Positions 49,017-58,599 of a stretch of DNA of 64,000 nt are shown piece by piece (position 1 is the first letter of the stretch; each line of letters starts with the position of its first letter). The notes beneath the pieces were generated by a model. It ran no database searches. It saw only the letters and a list, made by a program, of their open reading frames with translations, and was not told the DNA's origin. Position numbers and translations under genes: made by a program. Source of the stretch: Desulfatiglandales bacterium (GTDB lineage: Bacteria > Desulfobacterota > DSM-4660 > Desulfatiglandales > HGW-15); NCBI GenBank assembly GCA_963667015.2, contig CAXXJJ010000001.1, positions 1,152,001 to 1,216,000 of the forward strand, written 5' to 3'.

Positions 49017-49859
49017 ATGAAAAGAGACAAAAAATCGCAATCACCACTGCCGGAGGATGTGATAACCCATTATGCCTCTGGGTACGAAGAAAACCGGCTG
49101 GATATCGGTGGCGGTAAAATTGAGCGGGCACGTACCCGTGAGATGCTTGAACGCTTCCTTCCTCCGGCTCCGGCGACTGTTATTGATATTGGCGGCGGGA
49201 CAGGAAAGCATGCCCTGTGGCTTGCCCGGCGAGGTTACAGGGTCCATCTGATTGACATTGTCCCACTTCATATCGAACTGGCAAGGCAGGAATCAATGCA
49301 GCAGCCGGAACATCAGCTCGCAGGTGCAGAGGTCGGTGATGCCTGTTCACTTGAGAGAGATGACAGCAGCGTTGACGCGGCCCTGCTGTTAGGGCCGTTA
49401 TACCATCTTACCGATAAGCGGGATCGATTAAGGGCATTATCAGAAGCTTACAGGGTTTTAAAAACAGGTGGTGTTCTCTTGGCTGTCGGCATATCACGCT
49501 TTGCATCAACTCTTGACGGATTGCACTCGGGATATCTTAAAGATCCGAGATTTGTTGAAATTGTGAATGGAGATCTTAAAAACGGGCTTCATCAAAATCC
49601 TACAGACAATCCGAATTATTTTATGGATACCTTCTTTCACCACCCGGATGAACTGAAGGCCGAGGTAAGTGAGGCAGGATTTTCAGACACCAGGGTTTAT
49701 GGCCTGGAAGGGCCTTCCTGGCTGGCGCCTGATGTTGACGAGTGGTGGGAAGATGAAACGCAGCGCAATGTGCTTCTCGGGATCGCAAGAGCACTGGAAT
49801 CGGAACCGGCTCTTTTAGGAGTCAGTTCACATCTGATGGCTGTTGGTGTTAAACCATAA
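49017..49859 (+). CDS. Class I SAM-dependent methyltransferase
   Basis: IDIGGGTG, GDA and LLGPLYHL. Confidence 0.88.
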   Translation: MKRDKKSQSPLPEDVITHYASGYEENRLDIGGGKIERARTREMLERFLPPAPATVIDIGGGTGKHALWLARRGYRVHLIDIVPLHIELARQESMQQPEHQLAGAEVGDACSLERDDSSVDAALLLGPLYHLTDKRDRLRALSEAYRVLKTGGVLLAVGISRFASTLDGLHSGYLKDPRFVEIVNGDLKNGLHQNPTDNPNYFMDTFFHHPDELKAEVSEAGFSDTRVYGLEGPSWLAPDVDEWWEDETQRNVLLGIARALESEPALLGVSSHLMAVGVKP

Positions 49860-49905
49860 GGATAGCATAACCTGTACGTTAATTTAAAAATAAAAGGAAA
49901 AATTT

Positions 49906-50397
49906 ATGAAATCTGAAAATGCAGTACTCGATGATAGACAATCCTGGGATGACTACTTTCTGGAAATAGCTGATTCAGTTTCAAAAAGGGCGACATGTGA
50001 TCGAGGCAAGAGCGGCTGCGTTATAGTAAAAAACAGGCAGGTTCAGGTAACAGGGTTTGTAGGATCACCTGCCGGGTTTGAGCACTGTGATAATATAGGT
50101 CATCAGATTAAACGACTTACACATGAAGATGGAAAGGTTACAGAACATTGCATGAGAACAATTCATGCTGAGCAAAATGCGATTTGTCAGGCCGCGAGAC
50201 AGGGTATTTCAATAGAAGGCTCAACCATTTATACAAGAATGACGCCATGCCGCACATGTGCCATGCTTATCATTAACTGCGGCATCAGACGGGTTGTATG
50301 TGAACGAAGATATCATGCGGGTGAAGAATCTGAGATAATGTTTGAAAAGGCCGGTATAGATCTGGAATTCAAATATAATGAACTTCAAAAATATTAA
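49906..50397 (+). CDS. dCMP/cytidine deaminase-family protein
   Basis: SWDDYF, RATCDR, HAEQNAI and PCRTC. Confidence 0.9.
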   Translation: MKSENAVLDDRQSWDDYFLEIADSVSKRATCDRGKSGCVIVKNRQVQVTGFVGSPAGFEHCDNIGHQIKRLTHEDGKVTEHCMRTIHAEQNAICQAARQGISIEGSTIYTRMTPCRTCAMLIINCGIRRVVCERRYHAGEESEIMFEKAGIDLEFKYNELQKY

Positions 50398-50426
50398 AAA
50401 TTAACAATCTGTTCCAGGGTATAGCG

Positions 50427-51404
50427 ATGAAAGCTATTGAATACAAAGAATATGGTCCTCCTGAGGTGCTCCGGCTTAACGAGGTAGCAAAGCCCGTTCC
50501 TGAATCCGTTGAAGTGCTGATCAGGGTATATGCAACGACAGTGAACCGAACGGACTGTGCAAGACTCAGAGCAGAACCTTTTATTATGCGTTTTACTACG
50601 GGTCTGCTTAAGCCGAGGAAGTCCATTCCGGGAACCGATTTTGCCGGCAGGGTTGAAGCTGTCGGCAAAAAGGTTAAATCGTTAAAACCCGGAGATGATG
50701 TTTTTGGCTTTGATGATAATGGCGTGGCTTCGCAGGCGCAGTATATGACATTCCCTGCTCATAAAGGTATAGCCACAATGCCGAGTAATCTGTCCTATGA
50801 GGAGGCAGCAGCCTGCCTGGAAGGCTTACATTATGCCTATAACTTTATAAACAAGATAAGCCTTGAACGCGGGCAAAAGGTTCTTGTAAATGGCGCAACC
50901 GGGGCCATTGGTTCAGCGGCGGTGCAGCTTCTGAAATACTTTGGGGCCAGGGTAACCGCGGTATGTTCTGGGGAGAATGAAGGGCTGGTGAGGTCATTGG
51001 GTGCTGATGCAGTGATTGACTATAAAAAAAAGGATTTCACTAAAACCGGAGAAAAGTTTGACTATGTTTTTGATACTGTCGGCAAAAGCACATTTAAGAA
51101 GTGCAAACCTATACTGCGGTCCGGTGGGGCATATATTTCATCGGAACTGGGCTGGATGGCTCAAAATCTCTTACTTACACTCACGACATCCTTCATTGGC
51201 AGCAGAAAGGTCAAATTCCCTTTCCCGCAAAATCATCGGCGCTCGGTTCTTCTCGCCAGGCAGCTTTGTGAGGAGGGCGCATTTAGACCAGTCATAGACA
51301 GGAGATATCCCCTGGAAAAAACAGCGGATGCCTATCGATATGTTGAAAAAGGTCACAAGGTCGGAAATGTAATCATCAATGTTGAGCACGAGGAAGAAGC
51401 ATAA
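50427..51404 (+). CDS. NAD(P)-dependent MDR (alcohol dehydrogenase/quinone reductase-like) oxidoreductase
   Basis: YGPPEVL, PGTDFAG, VNGATGAIG and PVIDRRYPL. Confidence 0.88.
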   Translation: MKAIEYKEYGPPEVLRLNEVAKPVPESVEVLIRVYATTVNRTDCARLRAEPFIMRFTTGLLKPRKSIPGTDFAGRVEAVGKKVKSLKPGDDVFGFDDNGVASQAQYMTFPAHKGIATMPSNLSYEEAAACLEGLHYAYNFINKISLERGQKVLVNGATGAIGSAAVQLLKYFGARVTAVCSGENEGLVRSLGADAVIDYKKKDFTKTGEKFDYVFDTVGKSTFKKCKPILRSGGAYISSELGWMAQNLLLTLTTSFIGSRKVKFPFPQNHRRSVLLARQLCEEGAFRPVIDRRYPLEKTADAYRYVEKGHKVGNVIINVEHEEEA

Positions 51405-51436
51405 ATTCATATCATTGAGTAATAAAGGAAGAAAAA

Positions 51437-51949
51437 ATGGAAATATTAATACGACCGCCAGTAATATATCCGATTGGTCTTACTATTTTCTTTTTGGTTG
51501 TTTTTCTGTTCCTGTTTACAAAATTTAATTATGGGAAGCTGCAGAGATATTCAGGGGCAATTGTTGCTGCCGCTATATTTCTATTGCTTTTCGCTATATC
51601 AATCCAAAAAAATACAATTGAGGTCAATGAGTCAGGAATTAAAATGTCGGGGAACCTAAATATTGTCATTCCATGGGATGATATAAAATCAATTAATTAT
51701 CAGAAAAATTACAGGGATGCAGGATATGAACTCGCACATAAGAAATGGGGTGTAAACCCTCCGGGTCACAATGCCGGATACTTTGAACTGTCAAATAAAA
51801 AAATGGCTTACTGCATCGCAAGCGGCTCTGAAGCAGATGCTGTTGTTATCGAAACCCTAAAAGACCTCTATTTATTGTCATTTAATAATGTAGAAGAAGC
51901 TTTTAAGGAAATATCAAAACATACAACGGGAGAGACTGAGCCACTATAG
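51437..51949 (+). CDS. Membrane protein with bacterial PH-like domain
   Basis: Two N-terminal TM helices; IPWDDIKSI and G...PG...GYFEL. Confidence 0.6.
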   Translation: MEILIRPPVIYPIGLTIFFLVVFLFLFTKFNYGKLQRYSGAIVAAAIFLLLFAISIQKNTIEVNESGIKMSGNLNIVIPWDDIKSINYQKNYRDAGYELAHKKWGVNPPGHNAGYFELSNKKMAYCIASGSEADAVVIETLKDLYLLSFNNVEEAFKEISKHTTGETEPL

Positions 51950-52104
51950 ATTTTGAAAACCTGATAAAATTATATGAAATACAGTACAATGGGCGGATTT
52001 TATAAACTTAAACTTCCCCGCCCAGGCTATTTAACCGGAATTGTGATCCACCTTGCTCCTCATAATACGGCAAACTATTAGTATACTTATCATGGAGACG
52101 TCTT

Positions 52105-52722
52105 ATGGAATTTTATGATGTAATTGGTAAAAGAAGGACAGTTAGAGAATTTTCTTCTCAATCTGTGCCAGAAGATAAAATTCTCAAAATACTCGAGGCT
52201 GGAATAGAAGCTCCTACATATAATCATCTTCGGGAATGGGATTTCATTTTTATCAACAAAGAATCAGTAAGATTCAATATTATTGAAGCAGAGAGAATTC
52301 CAGACAGTTATCAGATGGAAGAACTTAAAAAATCATTTGAAGGATATGATGCGGATGCAAAAGAAATGTATGTTGATGCTCTTTCCAGACAGAAAAGGAT
52401 GATTCTGACTGCCCCCGAAGTATTGATTGTTGTGTATAAACCAAAAACACAAATTGCCGAAAGTAAGAGTGTATACGATCTTAACTGTCTCGCCTCAATC
52501 TGGTGTTGTATTGAGAATATACTGCTGGCAATGGCAGAAGAAGATTTATTTGGAGTTACTTATGTGCCCCAGGATACAGATAAATTAAAAACAATCTTGG
52601 GGATACCACCTGAGCTTGAGATTGCATCGATAATACCTTTTGGATATAAGTCGGATAGCGCAAGGATATTAAAACAAAAGGAAATTACTTTGCATGATAA
52701 GATTCATTACAATGGATGGTAA
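52105..52722 (+). CDS. Nitroreductase-family protein
   Basis: KRRTVREF, APTYNHLREWDF and IENILLA. Confidence 0.88.
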   Translation: MEFYDVIGKRRTVREFSSQSVPEDKILKILEAGIEAPTYNHLREWDFIFINKESVRFNIIEAERIPDSYQMEELKKSFEGYDADAKEMYVDALSRQKRMILTAPEVLIVVYKPKTQIAESKSVYDLNCLASIWCCIENILLAMAEEDLFGVTYVPQDTDKLKTILGIPPELEIASIIPFGYKSDSARILKQKEITLHDKIHYNGW

Positions 52723-53021
52723 GAGTTTGAACAATATTGAAATTGAAAAAGCAGGTTTAAATGCATGGCCTGCATTTGAGCAGTTGGATGACAACGGATG
52801 GATATTTCGGCATATTCGATATTGTGACGCACCCTCATCATCGAAATAAAGGTTACGGGTATGAACTCATAAACGGCATGCTGCACTGGGCTGCACAAAA
52901 TCATGCTGATGCAGCCTATGTGCAGGTAGTAACCGGAAACACTCCGGCCAGAGGACTGTATAAGAAGCTTGGATTTGATCTGTTGTACGAATACAAATAT
53001 AAGGTTCAGAAATTCACCTGA
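52712..53021 (+). pseudogene. GNAT acetyltransferase with internal deletion/frameshift
   Basis: N-terminal EKAGLNAWPA...DNGWIFR is joined out of frame to C-terminal GIFDIVTHPHHRNKGYG...AYVQV...N..A..LYKKLGF. Confidence 0.65.
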
Positions 53022-53042
53022 TATTTTTCATTAAGAGGGAAC

Positions 53043-53981
53043 ATGGATAATGAAATACATGCCGTTACAGGCGCCTTTGGCTACTCCGGGAAATACATTG
53101 CCAAAAAGCTGATTGATGAAGGTCATAGAGTTATTACACTCACAAATTCACCGGGGCGTAAAAATCCCTTTGGCGATAAAATACAGGTTTACCCCTTTAA
53201 TTTTGATGACTCGTCAAGTCTTGTAGAAATACTAAAGGGTGTTTCCGTGCTCTATAATACCTACTGGGTCCGGTTTAATCATAAAACATTTACTCATGCT
53301 GATGCGGTGCGAAATACCGGGATAATGTTTGATGCCGCAAAAAGGGCAGGGGTAAAAAGGGTAGTCCATGTCAGCATTACAAATCCCTCCCTGGATTCCC
53401 CTCTTGAATATTTTAGCGGCAAGGCGCGCCTGGAAAAATCTTTGATTGAAAGCGGAGTTTCCTATGCCATTTTGAGACCTACAGTTCTATTTGGCAAAGA
53501 GGACATACTGATCAACAATATCGCATGGGGCCTGCGTCATCTTTCGGTATTTGGCGTTTTTGGAGATGGAGAATATAAAATGCAGCCCATTTATGTTGAT
53601 GACCTTGCAGACTTAGCCGTTAAACATGGAAGGGATGATAAAAATCTTATAATAGATGCAATAGGACCAGAAACTTTCACCTACCGAGAACTTGTAAGGA
53701 CTATCGGTGAAATAATCGGCAAACATCGCCCTGTTGTCAAGGTTCCGCCCTTTATCGGTTATATTGCCGGATGGATCATCGGCAGGATTGTAGATGATGT
53801 AATGATAACAAGAGAGGAGATTGAAGGTTTAATGGCAAATCTTTTATGCGTCGACTCTTCTCCAGCGGGCAGTACAAAACTTACAGAGTGGGCAAAAAAG
53901 CATGCTGATACACTGGGGCGGAATTATACAAGCGAGCTTGCAAGAAGAAAAGACAGGGAAACTGAGTATAAAAGTAATTAG
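53043..53981 (+). CDS. NAD(P)-binding epimerase/atypical SDR (NDUFA9-like)
   Basis: VTGAFGYSG, ILRPTVLFG and QPIYVDDLA. Confidence 0.85.
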   Translation: MDNEIHAVTGAFGYSGKYIAKKLIDEGHRVITLTNSPGRKNPFGDKIQVYPFNFDDSSSLVEILKGVSVLYNTYWVRFNHKTFTHADAVRNTGIMFDAAKRAGVKRVVHVSITNPSLDSPLEYFSGKARLEKSLIESGVSYAILRPTVLFGKEDILINNIAWGLRHLSVFGVFGDGEYKMQPIYVDDLADLAVKHGRDDKNLIIDAIGPETFTYRELVRTIGEIIGKHRPVVKVPPFIGYIAGWIIGRIVDDVMITREEIEGLMANLLCVDSSPAGSTKLTEWAKKHADTLGRNYTSELARRKDRETEYKSN

Positions 53982-53998
53982 ATCTAGAGAAAGAAAAA

Positions 53999-54664
53999 AT
54001 GTCTGAAACACATGAGGAAATGAAATCTTTCTTCGATACAAGGGCTGAAGAATATGATGAACATATGGCCTCTATCCTGGAGGAGTATGAAAAATTCTAC
54101 GGCCATATCGCTTTTCCTTTTAGAGACACGGATGAGTCGTTAGAAGTCCTGGACCTGGGTGCAGGTACGGGGCTGGAACTGGAATTTATCTTTGCCAAAG
54201 CTCCAAATTCCCGGATAACCGCTGTTGATCTATCGGAGGAGATGTTGAAAAAACTGGCAGCCAGGTATGAAAAATACAGGTCACAAATAAAGACAATTGC
54301 CTATTCTTATCTCTCAATGGAATTGATGCCCGATTCTTTCGACTATATTGTGACTGTTATGTCATTTCATCACCTGATGCCGGAAAAAAAGATTGCCCTT
54401 TATAAAAAGATAAAAAATGCCCTTAAGCCCGGAGGCATGTTTGTGGAAGGGGACTATATTGTTTCACCGCAGGAAGAAAAACAACTGTTAGAGGAATTCC
54501 TGGAGATCAAGAAAGGCAATCCAATGCTGGAGGATGGGCAGTACCATATTGATATCCCTTTCAGTGAGGAAACACAGATCAGGGTATTGAAAGAGGCGGG
54601 ATTCAGGGACATAAATGTGATATTCCGCACGTCAAAATCAAATGTGATTGTTGCGAAGACCTGA
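53999..54664 (+). CDS. Class I SAM-dependent methyltransferase
   Basis: VLDLGAGTG, VDLSEEML and LKPGG. Confidence 0.88.
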   Translation: MSETHEEMKSFFDTRAEEYDEHMASILEEYEKFYGHIAFPFRDTDESLEVLDLGAGTGLELEFIFAKAPNSRITAVDLSEEMLKKLAARYEKYRSQIKTIAYSYLSMELMPDSFDYIVTVMSFHHLMPEKKIALYKKIKNALKPGGMFVEGDYIVSPQEEKQLLEEFLEIKKGNPMLEDGQYHIDIPFSEETQIRVLKEAGFRDINVIFRTSKSNVIVAKT

Positions 54665-54677
54665 AAGAGAGTTGAAG

Positions 54678-55691
54678 ATGGAATATAGAGTCAACATAGA
54701 TGAGGCAAATGAAACAAAATCGGGCTTTTCAAAGATTATAGACGGGAAAGATGACCGACTGAAAAACCGTGTCGGGGCCTTTGCCTCTCTTTTTAAACTG
54801 AATGTAAAGAATTATACCGATCCGCTGCTTGTCTTAAAAACCGAGGAGCCGGTCACAAAACAGATACTTGCTTTCAGGTACGATAAAATAGAATCGGTAT
54901 GTTATGACATGATCAATCACCTTATAAATGACTGTGTTGTCATGGGTGCCATTCCCCTCGCAGTCCAGGATCTAGTGGTCTGCGGAAAGCTGGAGAAAGA
55001 GGCTGTTACCCGGATAGTTTCGGCGATTTCGAAAATATGCCAGGAGAACGAGTGTGTCCTGACCGGTGGTGAAACAACCGAACAGCCGGACATACTGCCT
55101 CCCGAGACCTATATCCTGGGATCGAGCATTATCGGTATTGTGGATTCGGACAAAGTGATAGACGGGTCTAAGATACAGCCCGGAGATGCAGTTATAGCGA
55201 TTGGGTCCTCTGGCCCTCATACAAACGGATATACCCTTATAAGGGATCTATTATCCAGGTATCCTGAACTGGCTGACAGGCAGCTTGAAGATAAAACCTT
55301 TCTTGAGGCAGTGCTTGAACCCCATCGCTGTTATTATAAATCAATTAAAAAACTGTTTGACGGCAAGGCCGTGGGTTTTGCCCATATTACGGGCGGAGGA
55401 ATTAAGGAAAACCTTAACAGGATTCTCCCTTCAACCGTTGACGCGGTTATTGACCTTGGCTGCTATCAGCCGCAGCAGGTCTTCGGTGTAATTAAAGAGG
55501 TTGGAAATGTATCTCATGAAGATATGCTCCGGACCTTTAACCTGGGTGTAGGCCTGGCAGTTGTCTGCAGGGCGGAAAATTCGGAAGATGTCCTTAAGCT
55601 GCTTCATGAATCCGGTGAACATGCATACAGGATTGGGGAGATTGTTGAGGGGGCTGGCAGGGTCAGGTGTATTAACAGTGTGAATTTTTGA
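54678..55691 (+). CDS. Divergent PurM (AIR synthetase) homologue
   Basis: GAFASLF, NDCVVMGA.P, GGETTEQP, SSGPHTNGYTL, HITGGG and RTFNLGVG; the canonical TDGVGTK reads TEEPVTK. Confidence 0.8.
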   Translation: MEYRVNIDEANETKSGFSKIIDGKDDRLKNRVGAFASLFKLNVKNYTDPLLVLKTEEPVTKQILAFRYDKIESVCYDMINHLINDCVVMGAIPLAVQDLVVCGKLEKEAVTRIVSAISKICQENECVLTGGETTEQPDILPPETYILGSSIIGIVDSDKVIDGSKIQPGDAVIAIGSSGPHTNGYTLIRDLLSRYPELADRQLEDKTFLEAVLEPHRCYYKSIKKLFDGKAVGFAHITGGGIKENLNRILPSTVDAVIDLGCYQPQQVFGVIKEVGNVSHEDMLRTFNLGVGLAVVCRAENSEDVLKLLHESGEHAYRIGEIVEGAGRVRCINSVNF

Positions 55692-55702
55692 AAACCTAAT
55701 AT

Positions 55703-55895
55703 ATATCGCTGCACGAATTCATATCAACATTCGGATATGCTGCAATAGGGATTGGCACTTTTTTCGAGGGTGAGACAATTCTTGTTCTGGGGAGTTTTGC
55801 AGCTCATCGTGGCTACCTGCAGTTGCCCCTGGTGATTTTTTATGCATTTGCAGGGACCTTTATTGGCGATCAGTTATATTTTTTTATCGCCCGGG
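55703..55895 (+). pseudogene. Truncated DedA-family gene
   Basis: FGYAAIGIGTFFEGETILVLGSFAAHRGYL...GTFIGDQLYFFIAR; no standard start codon; breaks off at the GC hairpin 55888-55917. Confidence 0.7.
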
Positions 55896-55981
55896 GTAGA
55901 ATTTTCAACCCCGGGCGGTTTAGTCGCGGCTTTTTTTGCCGCCGGTTATCTGATCCCTTTACGAATTAAAGCTCGATTACT

Positions 55982-57409
55982 CTAGAGAGCCCCTCCGCTG
56001 TATATGGATTCGCGCAGGGTTATTATCCATTCGCCGTCCTCCATTTGTTGAAGAACCTCATATCCTTCGGAAAATCCGGAGATAGCAAGAAGAGCCTCAT
56101 CAGTAATATCCATTGAGCCCAGGTATACGGATATAAAAGACCGATCGGTTTCAATATCAGCGGGTATAGACCAGTTGCTCTGCCATCCTTCGGCTGAGGA
56201 GATATCAGGCAGAAAGAATGAGGTGCCTGTCTGCCTTGAAGCGGTTATAAAACTCTGAGCACGGTATTGAATACCGGCGATGCTTCCGTCGAAGTATACT
56301 GAATAACCTATTGAAGTTACATCTTCAAATTCAGGAATGTCCATACCGGGCAGCAGGTTGCCGTTACTTATATCATCTGTAAAAGTCAGGTCGAAGTCAT
56401 CCACAGGAAGACTAATATCTTTGTCCCCTTCGTTCAAAAAGGTCTCTAAATAAGTGAGCTCACGATACTCATCCGGTTCAAAATCGATATTCAGCATATA
56501 AGTATTATTATCTGCAAGGAGAGTTCCCAGTGCGGTATATTCAAAATTCGTATCATTGTCGTCCTTGTCCCCAAGCTCGACAAATGTGCTGTTTGATGTT
56601 AACAGGTCTACATTCCCCTCATAAAGAGTGCTGTCCAGAGGGGCTCCGCTTTCGTGATCCCTGACTGTAACTGTATAGGGCCCTGCAAGGACTGTACTGC
56701 CTGCTAAATCCGATGTGGTTATATCCTGTACAAGGGAATCGCCGTCATCAATTGCCAGGTCAGGGCGGGCAAGAAGAGTTGAAGGATAGTTATTCAAAAT
56801 GTCATTATCCTCTTCCGTCTGGGTAAGGATAAGATCATAATTTCCCGATTCCAGATTGGGATAGGTAATAGAAATTCCATTAAAATTCCAGTCACTCTCA
56901 TCACGCAGATGAATGCCGATATCTGAACCAGCAATATCCGGCTCGCCCACATTGACCGTCAGTGATGCTGTACCATCATCCAACGCTAAAGTATCGCTGA
57001 AATCAATTTGAGGAATTTCTGCAGTGGTTGTCTCAAGAGTGTATAAGTACACCTCCTGGTCCTCAGCATAAACACGGATCATGGCAACTCCGTAACGGCC
57101 GTCGCTGTCCGTGACCGTTGGAATGAATATACCTGTCGCCATAAACTCAGTATTATCCAGCAGGGTCCACTCACCGTCACCATCCTGAAAGAATATTTCA
57201 ACTGCGTCTGTCAGTGGCTCAACTTCTGATGTGTCTCCATTATCAGTATCCCCATTGGTAGTATCTCCATTGGCCGGAGAAGTAAGAGAATTAGAATCAC
57301 TGCATCCTGTTGTAAACAGGAAAAAGAGCGATAGAAAAATTATTGCATGAATTGCCGGTCCGAAATATTTTTTCTGGAAAATCCTTAAAAAAATTAATCT
57401 GTAATACAT
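55982..57409 (-). CDS. Highly acidic lipoprotein of unknown function
   Basis: Lipobox TTGC, (NGDT)x3 linker, strongly Asp/Glu-rich mature region. Confidence 0.7.
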   Translation of the reverse strand: MYYRLIFLRIFQKKYFGPAIHAIIFLSLFFLFTTGCSDSNSLTSPANGDTTNGDTDNGDTSEVEPLTDAVEIFFQDGDGEWTLLDNTEFMATGIFIPTVTDSDGRYGVAMIRVYAEDQEVYLYTLETTTAEIPQIDFSDTLALDDGTASLTVNVGEPDIAGSDIGIHLRDESDWNFNGISITYPNLESGNYDLILTQTEEDNDILNNYPSTLLARPDLAIDDGDSLVQDITTSDLAGSTVLAGPYTVTVRDHESGAPLDSTLYEGNVDLLTSNSTFVELGDKDDNDTNFEYTALGTLLADNNTYMLNIDFEPDEYRELTYLETFLNEGDKDISLPVDDFDLTFTDDISNGNLLPGMDIPEFEDVTSIGYSVYFDGSIAGIQYRAQSFITASRQTGTSFFLPDISSAEGWQSNWSIPADIETDRSFISVYLGSMDITDEALLAISGFSEGYEVLQQMEDGEWIITLRESIYSGGAL

Positions 57410-57942
57410 AATATCCCTTCCTCTAATAAAAAATGATTATCGATATTCAGCATCAAAAAGTAACTAAAAAGAGTATCTAAATGAATTTTCATCTTATAAA
57501 AGATTTTTATATATCGAAATTTTGCTGTTTTTTCAGTGTATCGGCTGATTTACCTGAATTCTTAAAAATAAATATGGATTTATTGCCTATCTATTCGGTT
57601 TTAATGAGGATAGTTTAAACCAGGAATTAGAGGGATTGTTATGATAAATTATTTAATGTAAGAGATATTTTGTAGGTGTTTTGGTTTTAAAGTTATACTA
57701 TAACCGAAAAATTATCTGACCTGAGTTTTAGAATTTTAATACGAATATGAATATTTTTGACAATTCTGACATGAACTCAGGTGAAGTTCATGTTAAAAAG
57801 TCAGGGTTGCCATTTCGGAATATACTATGAGCCAGTCTCTTGGTCTTGTTTCACTTGTTGTGAAGGATTATGATGAAGCTCCTGATTGTTGCGTTTTAAA
57901 GACAGCAATGAAAATAATCTTCATTTTAAACAGGAAAATCCG

Positions 57943-58590
57943 ATGCACCTTGTAATGTTCGATGTGGACGGCACCCTGGTGGACTCAACAGGTTTTGATG
58001 AAGCCTGTTTTTTAAAAGCTGCAGAGCTTATGTTCGGTATAAAAATTTTGCCCGACTGGGATTCCTATAAATATGCAACGGACATAGGTATCCTGACTGA
58101 AGTCATTGACAGGTACAGGATTCCCGGTGATAAAAATACACTGGTGCAAAAATTCAGGGAGATTTTTTTTGAACTGATTTCAGAACATATTAACCATAAT
58201 CCCTGCAGTATAAGGGAAATAACAGGGGCTGCCAGCTTTTTAAGTGATCTTTCAGAAAGGGATAACTGCAGCGTCGCGATAGCCACAGGGGGGTGGGGAG
58301 AAACAGCAAAGCTCAAACTCAAAGCCGCTGGTATTGATATTTCCGGCTTTACTTTTTCCTCTTCATCTGATCACTATTCAAGAGAAGGCATCATGAAGGC
58401 GGCCGAGTCAGAGGCCTCCGGGGGTGTCCAGTTCGAATCAAGAATCTATTTCGGAGATGCCCTGTGGGATAAAAAGGCCTGTGAAAACCTGGACTACCGG
58501 TTTATACTTGTGGGCGACCGGTTTGAATACAGGGAGTCTATCCAGGATTATTCCCATAAGGATGATATAATCAAGATGCTGGGGATATAG
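57943..58590 (+). CDS. HAD-superfamily hydrolase
   Basis: FDVDGTLVDS, ATGG and YFGDALWD. Confidence 0.88.
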   Translation: MHLVMFDVDGTLVDSTGFDEACFLKAAELMFGIKILPDWDSYKYATDIGILTEVIDRYRIPGDKNTLVQKFREIFFELISEHINHNPCSIREITGAASFLSDLSERDNCSVAIATGGWGETAKLKLKAAGIDISGFTFSSSSDHYSREGIMKAAESEASGGVQFESRIYFGDALWDKKACENLDYRFILVGDRFEYRESIQDYSHKDDIIKMLGI

Positions 58591-58599
58591 AGAAAAACT

